Positions 1 through 12,100 of a DNA stretch of 64,000 bases are shown one piece after another. Each line of letters starts with the position of its first letter. Within the stretch, counting starts at the first letter, position 1. The position numbers and the translations under genes are program-made. The stretch is from Zootoca vivipara (lineage: Eukaryota). Where the stretch lies: the NCBI RefSeq assembly GCF_963506605.1, contig NC_083281.1, positions 27,528,001 to 27,592,000 of the forward strand. The letters are read 5' to 3'. Under the pieces are notes generated by a model. It saw only the letters and a list, made by a program, of their open reading frames with translations, did not search any database and was not told where the DNA came from.

Positions 1-616
1 TCTTTCGTCAACTCATCTTTAGTATACCACTCTACCAGCAAGTTATACATTTTGGACAACAATTTTACTCTGCCCCCTAGCAACTCTGTTTGAAATTTGG
101 ACCTTCTCTCCTCAAAACCAATTTTTTTATCTTGCACAAATACATCATTAATTTGATGATATTGCAACCAACTCGACAAATATACTTTCACCTCTTCATA
201 CGGTTTCAGTTTCCAACCTTGTTCCGATTGTCTTAGAAAATTTTCATATGTTGGTCTCTCACCTTCCATATTCACTTTTTTCACTATGATCACTTCCATT
301 GGTGAGATCCACCATGGCGTCTTAGTCTCTAACAAGGCTTTATTTCTTTCCCATACTTCAAATAACGATCTTCTTATAACATGGTTCGTAAATCCTTTAT
401 GGGTTTTTTTCTTATCATACCATAGATATGAATGCCAACCTGCTCTGTTGTCAAATCCCTCCAAGTCCAACAAGTCCGTATTTTCCAATGTTATCCATTC
501 TTTTATCCAACAGAGACATGACGCTTCAAAGTATAGTTTCAAGTCTGGCATGGAGAATCCGCCTCTTTCGGTCTTATCTACCAATATTTTATATTTTATT
601 CTTGGTTTCTTCCCCT
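1..616 (-). mobile_element. L1-clade LINE ORF2 fragment (post-RT region), continues off the left edge
   Basis: The minus strand reads GKKPRIKYKILVDKTERGGFSMPDLKLYFEASCLCWIKEW...KLLSKMYNLLVEWYTKDE, homologous to the L1 fragment at 17905-18411. Confidence 0.8.
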
Positions 617-843
617 AGCACAGGCAGTTTTCCTGGCCACCTCACTTGGAATGTCTCACAATTGGAATGTCCCACAATTGGCTCCTCCTCCTCAGAATGA
701 GACAGTAGAAGAAGGAGCAGCAGAGAAGCCTCTCCCTAGTCACCTGCCTCATCATTGGCCTGCCTCCCTACTCACCTGCCTCATCACTGGACAGATCACT
801 TGCCTGGTCTTCTGTTGGTAGGTGCCACAGACTGCCCATTAAA

Positions 844-895
<52 letters not shown>
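844..895. repeat. (TATC)n microsatellite
   Basis: Direct reading. Confidence 0.95.
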
Positions 896-1522
896 GCAAA
901 GCACCATTCTCAGGCATTTCATAAGTAATCTACCCAGCTTCTACTCATATTGATCTGGAGCCGAACTCCAACATATAGTTAGCAGAATAAAAAACTTAAA
1001 AACACATTGCAGGATTACCAATAAATAGACCAGACACAATTAATATTTCACCCAGCAGAGCTTTACAGCTACTGAAGGCAAATGAGCATAAAGGTCACAA
1101 ATCCAATACATTCAAGATTGGCACTGTCCATAAGAAATCCAGTTGCGGCAGACTTAAACTTACAATAACTTATAATAAGACTAAACCTTAACACTATATA
1201 TAGAACAGAACACCAGAAGAGAGATAGAAAGAGAAAGTGAAACTCAGGCTCCTTCTGGCCTTACAGAAAGAGATAACGCAACCAGTTGAAGCCAGCTGTA
1301 CTCAGCTTCTCTGTAGGAATAAGCCAAACATCATGAACCTTAAGCTTGTTTCTTTCACACAGAGAAGCTTCCAGAACTCTCTTGAATTAATTAGAATAGG
1401 ATAGATCTCTGGATATCGGATCAATGCTTTCTGCACTAAGAAATGCAAACTGAGACTTAAGGCATGATAACATATCTATCTCTAAATCACTATAAGTGTA
1501 TCAATATATATTTAAGTGTGTG

Positions 1523-1526
<4 letters not shown>

Positions 1527-1563
<37 letters not shown>
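1527..1563. repeat. (AG)n microsatellite
   Basis: Direct reading. Confidence 0.95.
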
Positions 1564-1569
<6 letters not shown>

Positions 1570-1914
1570 GGGGGGGTAGACATACAGTATGTAAGACTAT
1601 GTAGCTAAATGTTTAGACTTCTACCTTCCTCGGGGATACAGTTGGGATTTCAAATGAACACCATTAGCCTGGATGACAGTTTTAAGAACACTCGTGATGG
1701 AATAATTCTAAGGAGGGTGTCATACACAATACATTGTTGTTGTTTTTAATTGAAAAGGAAAAGGCTATATGGGAAACAAGCATTGTATTCTAGATGAAAA
1801 CCATTGTTGATTAATCGCGTCTTAAGGTGATTGATTCAGAAATCCTCTTTCTTATAATGGTGGATTTGATGGTTTCCCCGTAGAAAAAATATGTATTTTA
1901 TATCTGTATTACAT

Positions 1915-2090
1915 TTCTTCAAGGAGCTCAAGCTGGTATACATAGATCTCCTCTTTTATCCTCACAACAACCTTGTGAGGTAGGTTAGGCTGAGAGTGAG
2001 TGACTGGCCCAAAGTCACCCAGTGGCTGGCTGGGGATTTGAACCCTGGCATCCTAGGTTCCAGTCTGACACTAACCACTATGCCATGCTA
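1915..2090 (-). mobile_element. MIR/Ther1-derived squamate SINE (Squam3-like)
   Basis: cctcacaacaaccttgtgaggtaggttaggctgagag...gactggcccaaagtcacccag...gggatttgaaccc; a related copy lies at about 36905-37025 (+). Confidence 0.65.
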
Positions 2091-2348
2091 GCCCTCTAGT
2101 AAGATTCCCATTCATGCCTCGGAATAAAGGGCTGAATGTTTAATTAAACATTGCAACTTGCCTTATACCATATCAGACAATTGATCTATCTACCAACTTT
2201 CCCGTTGCTCATCTTTATGCAGAAATGTTTCTATGAAAGGTCCAGAAAGGTTGAGGGCCATCAGAATTAAAATGCTTTGTAACAGGTTGCACAATTTTCT
2301 TGGTCCAGGTTACTGATCTATTTATTTTGATGTCTTTAGCGTTTTTCA

Positions 2349-2484
2349 ATGTCATCACCATTTTTCGTCTACAATGGGATCTTATTACCCACAGCCCTGT
2401 CCTCAGCAGAATCGCTCGCTTATCTGGAAAAAGAATTTCGCTTCTTGGATGATGATATACTGAGTGTCTCTTACCCCAAGTCAG
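2349..2484 (+). CDS. SULT2-like coding exon 1 ([10 protein letters not shown]...SYPKS)
   Basis: ATG at 2349; donor G|gtagga. Confidence 0.9.
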
Positions 2485-5400
2485 GTAGGAAAGACAGTGT
2501 GTAGTATGAGAGCTGTGGAACATTTTCAGAATAAACAGGGAAAGGTCATTGGAAGTGGCATTGGCAAATCATTTATTTTGTTTATTTATTAAATACCTGT
2601 CACAGTGGCCGGAGTGGACTACTTCAGAGTAACGACGCTACGCAGCTCTGCATTTTATTCTTTTATTGGTGCTGCGTATTTACAGTGCTCAAGTCATTGC
2701 TATTTACACGGAGCGATGTTGTCAGTCGGTTTCAGAACCTCCTAATGGCTTTTGGCGCGTCTTTCTCCAACACAAAAGCTTTGGCAGACCCATCCTCTTG
2801 CCCCTCCTCTTCCTGCGTAATTCTGGAGTTGGAGGGATGGGTCTTCCCCCCTTGCTTGCCCCTTCCTGTCCCACCTGGGACCCTGGCTCCTCTACCTTGC
2901 CTGAGCCTCGGACACGACTTCCTGCTTCCCCACTGGAATCGGAACTCTCCCTGCTTTCCCCTTTGCTCGGGGACGGGCTTGAACTCAGGAGGGGAGGGAC
3001 TTCGCGATATCCCCTGTCCCTCACATCCACCCCCCTCCCAAGCTCTCCTTCACCCCTCCCCAGGCCCCCCCCATGTGTCGGTGACGACTGGAAGCCTAAG
3101 AACTCAGTGCTCTCCGAGCCCGTTGGTGTGAATACCTCCCCCCAGTCCTGCGAGCCCCCCCCTTCCGCCTGGGCTGACGGGAATCCCAAAAAGTCCGTGG
3201 CGTCAGAGCTGGTGGGGGTAAAAACGTTCTGCCAATCTGCTCCTTCCTCTGACTGGGTGGATCTCGGTGACACCCATACCTCATCCTCTGGTTCCTCAAA
3301 CTCCGCTTCCCAGCGCCATGGTGAGCTGCTCTCCCGTGCCTCCTCCTCCTCCCCCTCCCTTTCCATGTGCCAGGGCTTGGGTCTGTGGGGAAAGAGGGCG
3401 TGAAATTCTTCCACCAAGAATTCCTCCTGTATCTGAGTGGCTGGGACCCATTCATTCTGGGACGGTGGAGCATCCTCCCATGCCATGAGGTACTCCAGTC
3501 CCCCCACCCCCCACCTTGAATCCAGGATGGCCGTGGCCTCATTGAGTTGCTCCCTGCCTTCCCTCTCCCCCCCTCCCTCGGGGGTTTGTTCGCTGTCTCG
3601 GAGCCTGCTGCTTTCCCTGTACGGCGACAGCAGCGATCTATGAAACACTGGATGCACCCTCATGTCCTCTGGCAGTGCCAGCCTGTATGCCACCGGGTTT
3701 ACCTGTTGCGTGACCGTGAAGGGGCCCAGCCTTTTGGGTGCCAGCTTTTTGCACCTCCCTCTGGTGGGAAGGCCCTCCGAGGACAACCACACCTTGTCCC
3801 CCACCCTGATGACCTCCCCTTGTCGCCTGTGGCGATCTGCCCCCTTTTTGTACGCTTCCTTGGCCCTCTCCAAGTGTTCTCTGAGCTGCTGGTGCACCGT
3901 CTCCAGTTCCTCTGCCCAATCCTCAGCCTGTGGGCCCTCCTCCTCCTCCTCCTCCCTCTCCCTCTCTGGGAAAGATCTGAGGTCGCGCCCGTAATTGGCC
4001 TTAAAGGGCGACACCCCTGTGGAGACGTGCACTGCATTGTTGTAGGCAAATTCTGCTAGTGGCAAGCGATCCACCCAGTCCGTTTGCCGCTGGCTGACGT
4101 AGCATCTCAGGTACTGCTGCAGAATGGCGTTGACCCTCTCCGCTTGTCCGTTGGTCTGCGGGTGTCTAGCCGTCGACAAGCTGACCTCCACCTGCAGGAG
4201 GTTCATGAGCCGCCGCCAGAACCTGGAAACAAATTGGCGGCCACGATCCGAAATAACCCTTAAAGGTAATCCATGCAGTCTGAAAATGTGATCAACAAAC
4301 AGTTTGGCTGTCTCTTCTGCCGAGACTGCCCTGGCACACGGTATAAAGTGACACATTTTGGACATAAGGTCCACCACCACCAACACTGCAGTCTTACCCC
4401 TGGACGAAGGCAGATCTGTGATGAAGTCCATGGACACCACTTCCCACGGCCTGTGTGGTGTGGCTAAGGGCTCCAGCAACCCTGGTGGCGCTGCTCTGAC
4501 CACCTTCGCCCGCTGGCAGGTGGTACAGCCCCTTACATAGTCTCGAACATCTTCCCGCACCCCTGGCCACCAGAAGTGTCTCATGACTAGGTGAGCGGTT
4601 TTGTCCCTTCCAAAATGCCCCGCTGTAGGGTTGTCGTGCATCTGCTTGAGGACCGTACGTCGAAGCTGGGTGGTGGGTAGGTACAGCGCACCCTTGTAGA
4701 AAAGCAGCCCTCTGCGTTCTGCAAAGTCTTTTGCCTGCTCCCTCCCCCCTCTCAGTTCTCTGAAGATGCGGTTGGCAAATTCATCCGCTGCCGTCAGTGC
4801 TGTGAGTTCTGCCTCGCTCACCACAGCTGCTCCGCAGGACCATGCCGACGGGGGGAAAATGTGCCTTGGGGCTGGTGGCGCCTCCTCCTCCATGTACTCT
4901 GGCTTGCGGGAGAGGGCATCCGCCCTGACATTCTGCTCCCCCGGGATGTAGTGGATGGAGAAGTTGAAGTTCGAGAAGAACTCTGCCCACCGTATCTGCC
5001 GCTGGTTGAGCACCCTGGCAGTTCTCCAGAACTCCAGGTTCTTGTGGTCTGTGCACACCTGGATGGGGTGCTTCGCGCCCACCAGGAAGTGTCGCCAGTG
5101 CTGGAACGCAGCGTAGATCGCAAGAAGTTCCCTATCAAACACTGTGTAGTTGCGTTCAGGCTGTGTCAGCTTCCTGGAGAAGAAGGCACAGGGTCTCCAC
5201 TCCCTGTTGGCGTCCAGTTGCAACAAAATTGCGCCCACAGCTTTTTCAGAAGCATCTGTCTCAATGCGTAGGGGCGCGTCCTGCACCACATGGAACAGGT
5301 TTTGGTCTGAGGCGAACACTCTCTTGAGGCTTTCGAACGCTGCTTGCGCCTCTGGTGTCCACTTGAACTTCTGCTTGCCTCTCAGGCAGTCCGTGATGGG

Positions 5401-8400
5401 AGCCGTAACGCGAGAGAAGTTCTTGATGAACTTCCTGTAGAAGTTAGCGAAGCCTAGTAGGCGTTGGGCATCTTTGCGCGTCCTGGGGCTGTGCCAGTCC
5501 AGGATGGCCTGCACCTTGTCCTTGTCCATCGCCAGCCCCTTGTCTGACAGCTTGTAGCCCAGGAAGTCCACCTCCTTGGTGTGAAACTTGCACTTCTCCA
5601 GCTTCACATACAGGTGGTTCTCCTTCAGGCGTTGCAACACCTCTCTGACATCTTTCACATGCTGCACTGGGTCATTCGAGTAGATAAGGATGTCATCTAG
5701 GAAGACCAAGCATTTCCTGAAGAGGAGGGACCCCAGGACGTGGTGCATGAAGGCCTGGAAGCATGCTGAGCCCCCTTGCAAACCGAAGGGCATCACCAGA
5801 TATTCAAAAGAGCCCAGAGGCGTGAACATCGTGGTTTTCCATTCATCTCCTTCCCGGATCCTGATCAAGTTGTACGCCCCCCTTAGGTCCAGCTTGGTGA
5901 AAATCTTGCCCCTGCGTGCCGCTGTCAGGAGATCATCCACTCTGGGCATGGGGAAAGCCACGGGCTCTGTCACCGAATTCAGCCGTCTAAAGTCCACCAC
6001 AAGACGGCGCTGTTGCGTGTCTTTCTTGTCCACCCAGAAGACCGGGCTGCCCCCTGCTGCCTTGCTTTCCCTTATGAACCCCCGCTTGAGGTTCTTGTCG
6101 ATGAAAGCGCGCAGATCCTCCAGCTCCTGGTCTGACATGGCGTACAGCTTGGCTGGGGGTATAGTTGCCCCTGGCACCAGGTTGATCTGGCAGTCAAAAG
6201 ACCTGTGTGGGGGTAGGTGGTCGGACTCCGCTTCGCTGAAGACCTCCTGCAGGTCCCAGTACGGCTTGGGTATCGCCTCACCCCCTTTGACGTGCATGGT
6301 GGCCACCGTGGCTATCGGAGGCCCCTCCCCTGGTTGGTGCTGCATGCAATGTTCCAGGCAAAAGTCCGATCCAAAAGTGATGCATCTCTGATGCCAACTT
6401 ATGGAGGGGTCGTGGCGCGCCAGCCAGCTCATGCCCAAGACGATGGGGGGGTCTGAGATGGTGGTGACGTTGAACGCCAGTGTCTCTGAGTGCCTTCCCA
6501 CCGTCATTCTCATGGGGGGGGTTTGATGTGTGATGGCCCCTCCCAGCAGCTCCCTGCCGTCAATGGTTGCTACGTGCAGAGGAAAATCCAACTGCAAAAG
6601 CTGGATTTGGTGCTCTTCTGCAAAGCTTCTCGAGAAGAAGTTGGCGGACGCCCCACTGTCAATTAAGGCGAGGACCGTCAGGGGATAGCCATTTGGGAGC
6701 GTTAGCGTCACTTCTAGAACCACTCCTGCTCTGGGAGGGGTGGGCTGGCTCTGCACCTCTCTGTGCGGGTGGGCGGGCTGGGGCTGTTGTCTGCTGACTG
6801 TGCCTGGCTGCTGCCCCTTGTCTCCTGCAGCCAGGCTTTCCCGTTTCCCTGCTGTGGTGCTGCGTCAGTGGGGGAGGGCACCACCGTTCCCGCCTTTCCT
6901 TGCCACTCCCTGCGATGTGGGCAGTCTCTGACGAGATGCTGGGGTGAGTTGCAGAGAAAGCAATTCCCGCCCCTTCCCTCCTTGCGTCTTGGCGCCGCTG
7001 GGGTTTGAAAAGCCCGCGCGCGCGCGCTATCAATCTGCATGGGCTCCTGGTCCTGGCTGGCTCCAGGCGTGGCCTGAAAGGGTTGTTGAGGGAGTGGCTT
7101 CTCCTGCGACCGTGGGAACCAAGCCCGCTTTGCGCGCGTCGCTTGCTTGTCGTTCCACCGGGATTCCTGCCTCACCCCCACCGCCAGAGCTGCTTTGCTC
7201 AGCTGATCCATAGTACTGGGCTTTGGACCTCTCGAGAGTTCATCCTTCACCTCCTCGCTCAAACCCAAGTAAAACGCAGCTTGCATGGGAGGCGAATCCA
7301 AAACCCACCCCAGTCTGTGCACCAGCATGGTGAATTTCGCCCAATATGCGCGAACTGTCATATTTCCTTGGCGTAAATTATGCAGTTCCTCCTTAGTCTG
7401 GTCCAAATGACTATCGGACGAATACATCGTCCTCAAACCTTCTAGAAATTGTTGGACATTTTTCATGCAAGGATTCTTGGTTGCGATTAATGGTCTTAGC
7501 CACTCCCTGGCTGCTCCGGTGAGATGTTCCACAATAAACGCTACTCTGTGCTCATCATCGGGGAACTCATTCTGGTGCAGCTCAAGAGCATACACGATCT
7601 CAGTCTCAAAGCCCTGAAACTCCTTCGGGTCTCCATTGAACTTGCTTACAAGGGTCCCTGCTCTCCTTCCTGGCAGCACTTGGACTTGGGGAGCCCCTCC
7701 CGCCTTGTTTTTCTCTGCATCCAGCTTGTTTTGGAGGTCTACCGCCACCGCCCTTAAATGCTGCTCTTTTTCCTGGAGCTCTCTCACCTGTTCCGCAAGT
7801 TGTAGCCGGTCGTCCTGGACCTTCTTAGTCTCCTCTTTAGCTGCCTTCAATTCTCCCTGCGCCTGCAGCGACAGCTGTTGCAGTTCTAGCTGGGCTTGCT
7901 CAGCGATCTGCCGCCACTTCTCCGCCTCGGACACGCTCATCCCGGCAACTCCGAAGTAGCCCAAAAATGATTAGGAGGTTGCTGTCACAGTGGCCGGAGT
8001 GGACTACTTCAGAGTAACGACGCTACGCAGCTCTGCATTTTATTCTTTTATTGGTGCTGCGTATTTACAGTGCTCAAGTCATTGCTATTTACACGGAGCG
8101 ATGTTGTCAGTCGGTTTCAGAACCTCCTAATGGCTTTTGGCGCGTCTTTCTCCAACACAAAAGCTTTGGCAGACCCATCCTCTTGCCCCTCCTCTTCCTG
8201 CGTAATTCTGGAGTTGGAGGGATGGGTCTTCCCCCCTTGCTTGCCCCTTCCTGTCCCACCTGGGACCCTGGCTCCTCTACCTTGCCTGAGCCTCGGACAC
8301 GACTTCCTGCTTCCCCACTGGAATCGGAACTCTCCCTGCTTTCCCCTTTGCTCGGGGACGGGCTTGAACTCAGGAGGGGAGGGACTTCGCGATATCCCCT

Positions 8401-9102
8401 GTCCCTCACAATACCCATCCTGCTCTTCCTCCCATAGGAGCCGAGGGCAGCAAACACTAAAATGTTAAAGCAATAATATTGTGATAATAAGATATTTTTT
8501 TTAAAAAAATTAATGCACATGAAAACACCAGACAATTTAAAAACATTTAAAACAGTCACATACCCTCACCACTAATAATTTCATATTGCCAGGAGGTTTG
8601 CTTTGGTGGTCAAAGTAGTTGTAAGGTGTGCATTGCAGAACCAAAAGGGCTGTGGGAGAAAAGGTAGCCCTATGATTGCTATATTCCCTCCTAGGTGGCC
8701 GTTGGATGGTAGAGATCTTGTCAGCGATCCAGCAAGAATGGGACCCCTCGTGGGTTTTCATTGAGAAAATAACCTGGATCGAGACTTTTGATGGCATGAA
8801 GACTGCCTTGAAATCTCCTTCACCCAGAATCTTGGCTTCTCACCTTCCAATAAACCTTCTCCCTAAGACCTTTATTGAGTCCAAGGCCAAGGTAAGAGAG
8901 AAACAATTCACACACAAAAGCCTGATCATGTCTGTCTGCAGTAAAGATACTGGGAATTCCATACTGTCAATATTTGGCACAGCCCATTTCCAGGAAGGTG
9001 CCACAAGGGTTGTTTGTTGTAATAGCAGTAATAGTGCAAGCTTAGAAAGCACTATAGGAAAGATGCTTTAACCATCATCTTAATTCCAGAATGGTATAAA
9101 TA

Positions 9103-9153
<51 letters not shown>

Positions 9154-12100
9154 TTATTATTTATACCCCGCCCATCTGGCTGGGTTTCCCCAGCCACTCT
9201 GGGTGGCTTCCAACAGAAAAATGAAATAAAATAATCTATTAAACATTAAAAAGCCTCCCTAAACATCTGGTAGCTGTTTTTCTCTTTGACATCTGATGGG
9301 AGGGCATTCCACAGGGTGGGCGCCACCACCGAGAAGGTCCTCTGCCTGGTTCCCTGCAACTTGGCTTTTCGCAACGAGGGAACCGCCAGAAGGCCCTCGG
9401 TACTGGACCTCAGTGTCCAGGCAGAATGATGGGGGTGGAGACGCTCCTTCAGCTATACTGGACCGAGGCCATTTAGGGCTTTAAAGGTCAGCAGCAACAC
9501 TTTGAACTGTGCTCGGAAACGTACTGGGAGCCATTGTAGATCTTTCAAGACCGGTGTTATGTGGTCTCGGTGGCTGCTCCCAGTCACCAGTCTAGCTGCC
9601 GCATTCTGGATTAGTTGTAGTTTCCGGGTCACCTTCAAAGGTAGCCCCACGTAGAGCACATTGCAGTAGTCCAAGCGGGAGATAACTAGAGCATGCACCA
9701 CTCTGGCGAGACAGTCTGCAGGCAGGTAGGGTCTCAGCCTGCATACCAGATGGAGCTGCTAAACAGCTGCCCTGGACACAGAATTGACCTGCGCCTCCAT
9801 GGACAGCTGTGAGTTACCCCATTCAGGACCAGGGAGTCCTCCACACCTGCCCGCCTCCTGTCCCCCACAAACAGTACTTCTGTCTTGTCAGGATTCAACC
9901 TCAATCTCTTCAGTCCATGACCTCAGCGGAGGATTGCTGTGGCCCCAGTTTGCTAGGCTGCCCCCAAAGCTCTCTCTGAAGCTGGAAGTCGCAATGAAAC
10001 ATCTCACTTTCAAAATCTGGCAAAATGTCAGAGTTCAAACTGTGTTTTTGGCTTTCACTTCTGAGGGCCAGACTAGCTGGCGTGATGATTTGGCAAGTAG
10101 GAAGTCATGCAGGTGGGTTCTGAAGCCATATCTGTATAGTGAGGCAGGGACTGACTTTTTCAATCCATGCCACTGGCAATGTTCATGTATCTTTCCTCAA
10201 TGGTGGGAATCTTCACGGGGAAATGAATGAAAGAAAATGATTTTTTTTTAAACCCCACACCAGTCCCATTTCCTCTGTCCCATAAGCAGGCACCAGACAC
10301 CTGCTCTTGTATAAATCTCAAACAGACAATATATCACAGGTTTCCACTATTAACACCTACTTAAGGTTCAGGATGGGGGTGGCGCTGTGGTCTTGGCACT
10401 TAACCAGGGTTGTGTTTTCTTTGGAAATGAGACACAACGGAGGCTGTGCTCCATTTCCATATTTCTTAAAAACACTCATCTCTGCTGTGCCTCGATTTCC
10501 CAATTGAAGCAATTCTGCTAGAGAACCTGGAACCCTCTGGGATCCTGCTACTGCTCAGCAGACTGGGGTGGCATGCAACCTTTGTAACAATACGGCTATT
10601 TGATTTGATTTATTTCCACGCTGCTTTTCATTCAAATGAATCTCAAAGCGGCTTACAAACAATAAATAACAACCACATAATAAAACTACAATAAATAGCT
10701 AATTTCCTGACACCCCACTTGGCCGCCACACTCTACCTAATGTTAGAATGTGTCATGCTGCTCCTCCCTTAAGATGTGCCCGCTGCTCTCTTTCAGGTTA
10801 TTTACACCCTACGTAACCCCAAGGATGTGCTGGTCTTGTTCTACCACGCCTATAAAAAATGGAAGGACCCTGGAAGTCTGGATAAGTTCTTGGAGGAGTT
10901 CTTAAATGGGAATGGTATGGAAAGAGGCAAATCAGCTCACCCAGGGCCGTCTTTAGCATATGTGCCGCCGGGGTGCAAAGATCCACCCAGTGCCCCCAAA
11001 TTTAGTTAATTTTGCATGCACAGCGCCATTGAGAATGACAAGCGCTGCCGTTGTGAATGACAAGCGCCACTGCTGGCACGCGCTTCTTTAGTAAATGAGC
11101 GCACAAAGTCAAAAGTCCTTTAGTGAAACAGTAGGTATACATTTTGGCAATACCTAGGTATATATGTATTTTGTTTGTCTAGCTTGATCAAAATTATTTA
11201 TTATTTCATAACAGGTAGATAGTTCTGAAGCTTAGGCGGCTTCAACGATGGGTGCGGCACCTGGTGCCCCCCAGAATTTGGCACCTGGGTGCCCTGCACC
11301 CCTTGCATCCTGGGCTCATCTCCCTCTGTTGCAGCCCAAAGGTCTGCTCCCCGACACCACGGAGGCTCTCTTCTTAACCATTGCAAGAGCCCTATCGTAG
11401 AACTGTAATTCCAGCAGGGATAAATCAGAAGGAAGGTGGGAGGTGCCGTGATAGTTAAACTCAGGCATCCCCAAACTGTGGCCCTCCAGATGTTTTGGCC
11501 TACAACTCCCATGATCCCTAGCTAAGAGGACCAGTGGTCAGGGATGGTGGGAATTGTAGTCCAAAACATCTGGAGGGCCGAAGTTTGGGGATGCCTGGTT
11601 AAACTCCTTTTAAAATGAATAACGTCCTTAAGTAGTGAATGGCCCAAATGTGTGGGGAGGGGATATAGTGGGGTCTCAAATCCAGTGTTTTGTGGCAATA
11701 TTATAAGGAATGTGTGACACTGGAATTGTTACTAGACTACAAATGCCATCATCCCTGACTATACTTGCTGGGTGTCAGGGACTGGGCAGAGGAGGAATGG
11801 TGGAGACCCGCCTCCGCATCTTGACCCTTCCAGGGAGGAGGAAGAGGAAGACAGTATAGTTTTACAACAGGGGTTTGAGGGAGGTAGCAGCTCAGAGGCA
11901 GATGAGGGGAGAAGCTCAACAATCATGGGATAGTCGGGACAACACCCAGCTGACACGTTGCCATTAGAAAGCATCCCAGACCCTCCATCTCATGGAACCT
12001 GGCAAGCCTTGAAAGTAGGAGAGCACAGAGCATGAAGACAGAGGGCAGGTAGCAGCACCCATAGAAGTGACGAATGAGGAAGTGGGAGAGATGGGGCGGG

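Larger units (their letters stand above)
2598..8410 (-). mobile_element. Full-length Ty3/Gypsy chromovirus LTR retrotransposon (Tf1/sushi group), in intron 1 of the SULT gene, antisense
   Basis: Two 428-bp TG...CA LTRs (2598-3025, 7983-8410) that look identical; 5-bp TSD ATACC (2593-2597, 8411-8415); intact gag and pol; PPT next to 3025. Confidence 0.98.

Noticed and set aside
2666-7959. Many + strand ORFs over the Gypsy element (e.g. 2666-3403, 5690-6391)
   Set aside because: These are antisense shadows of GC-rich coding sequence, mostly with non-ATG starts and no recognisable motifs.
2722-7964. Domesticated PEG10/RTL1-like host gene
   Set aside because: It is flanked by matching LTRs with TSD, PPT and PBS and has a full integrase, so it is a young transposon.
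8107-8559. 150-aa minus-strand ORF
   Set aside because: It is the 5' LTR copy of the Pol tail frame extended by chance into flanking DNA.
10943-11310. Possible DNA transposon right after SULT exon 3
   Set aside because: GC-rich ends are suggestive, but I could not define matching TIRs or a TSD.
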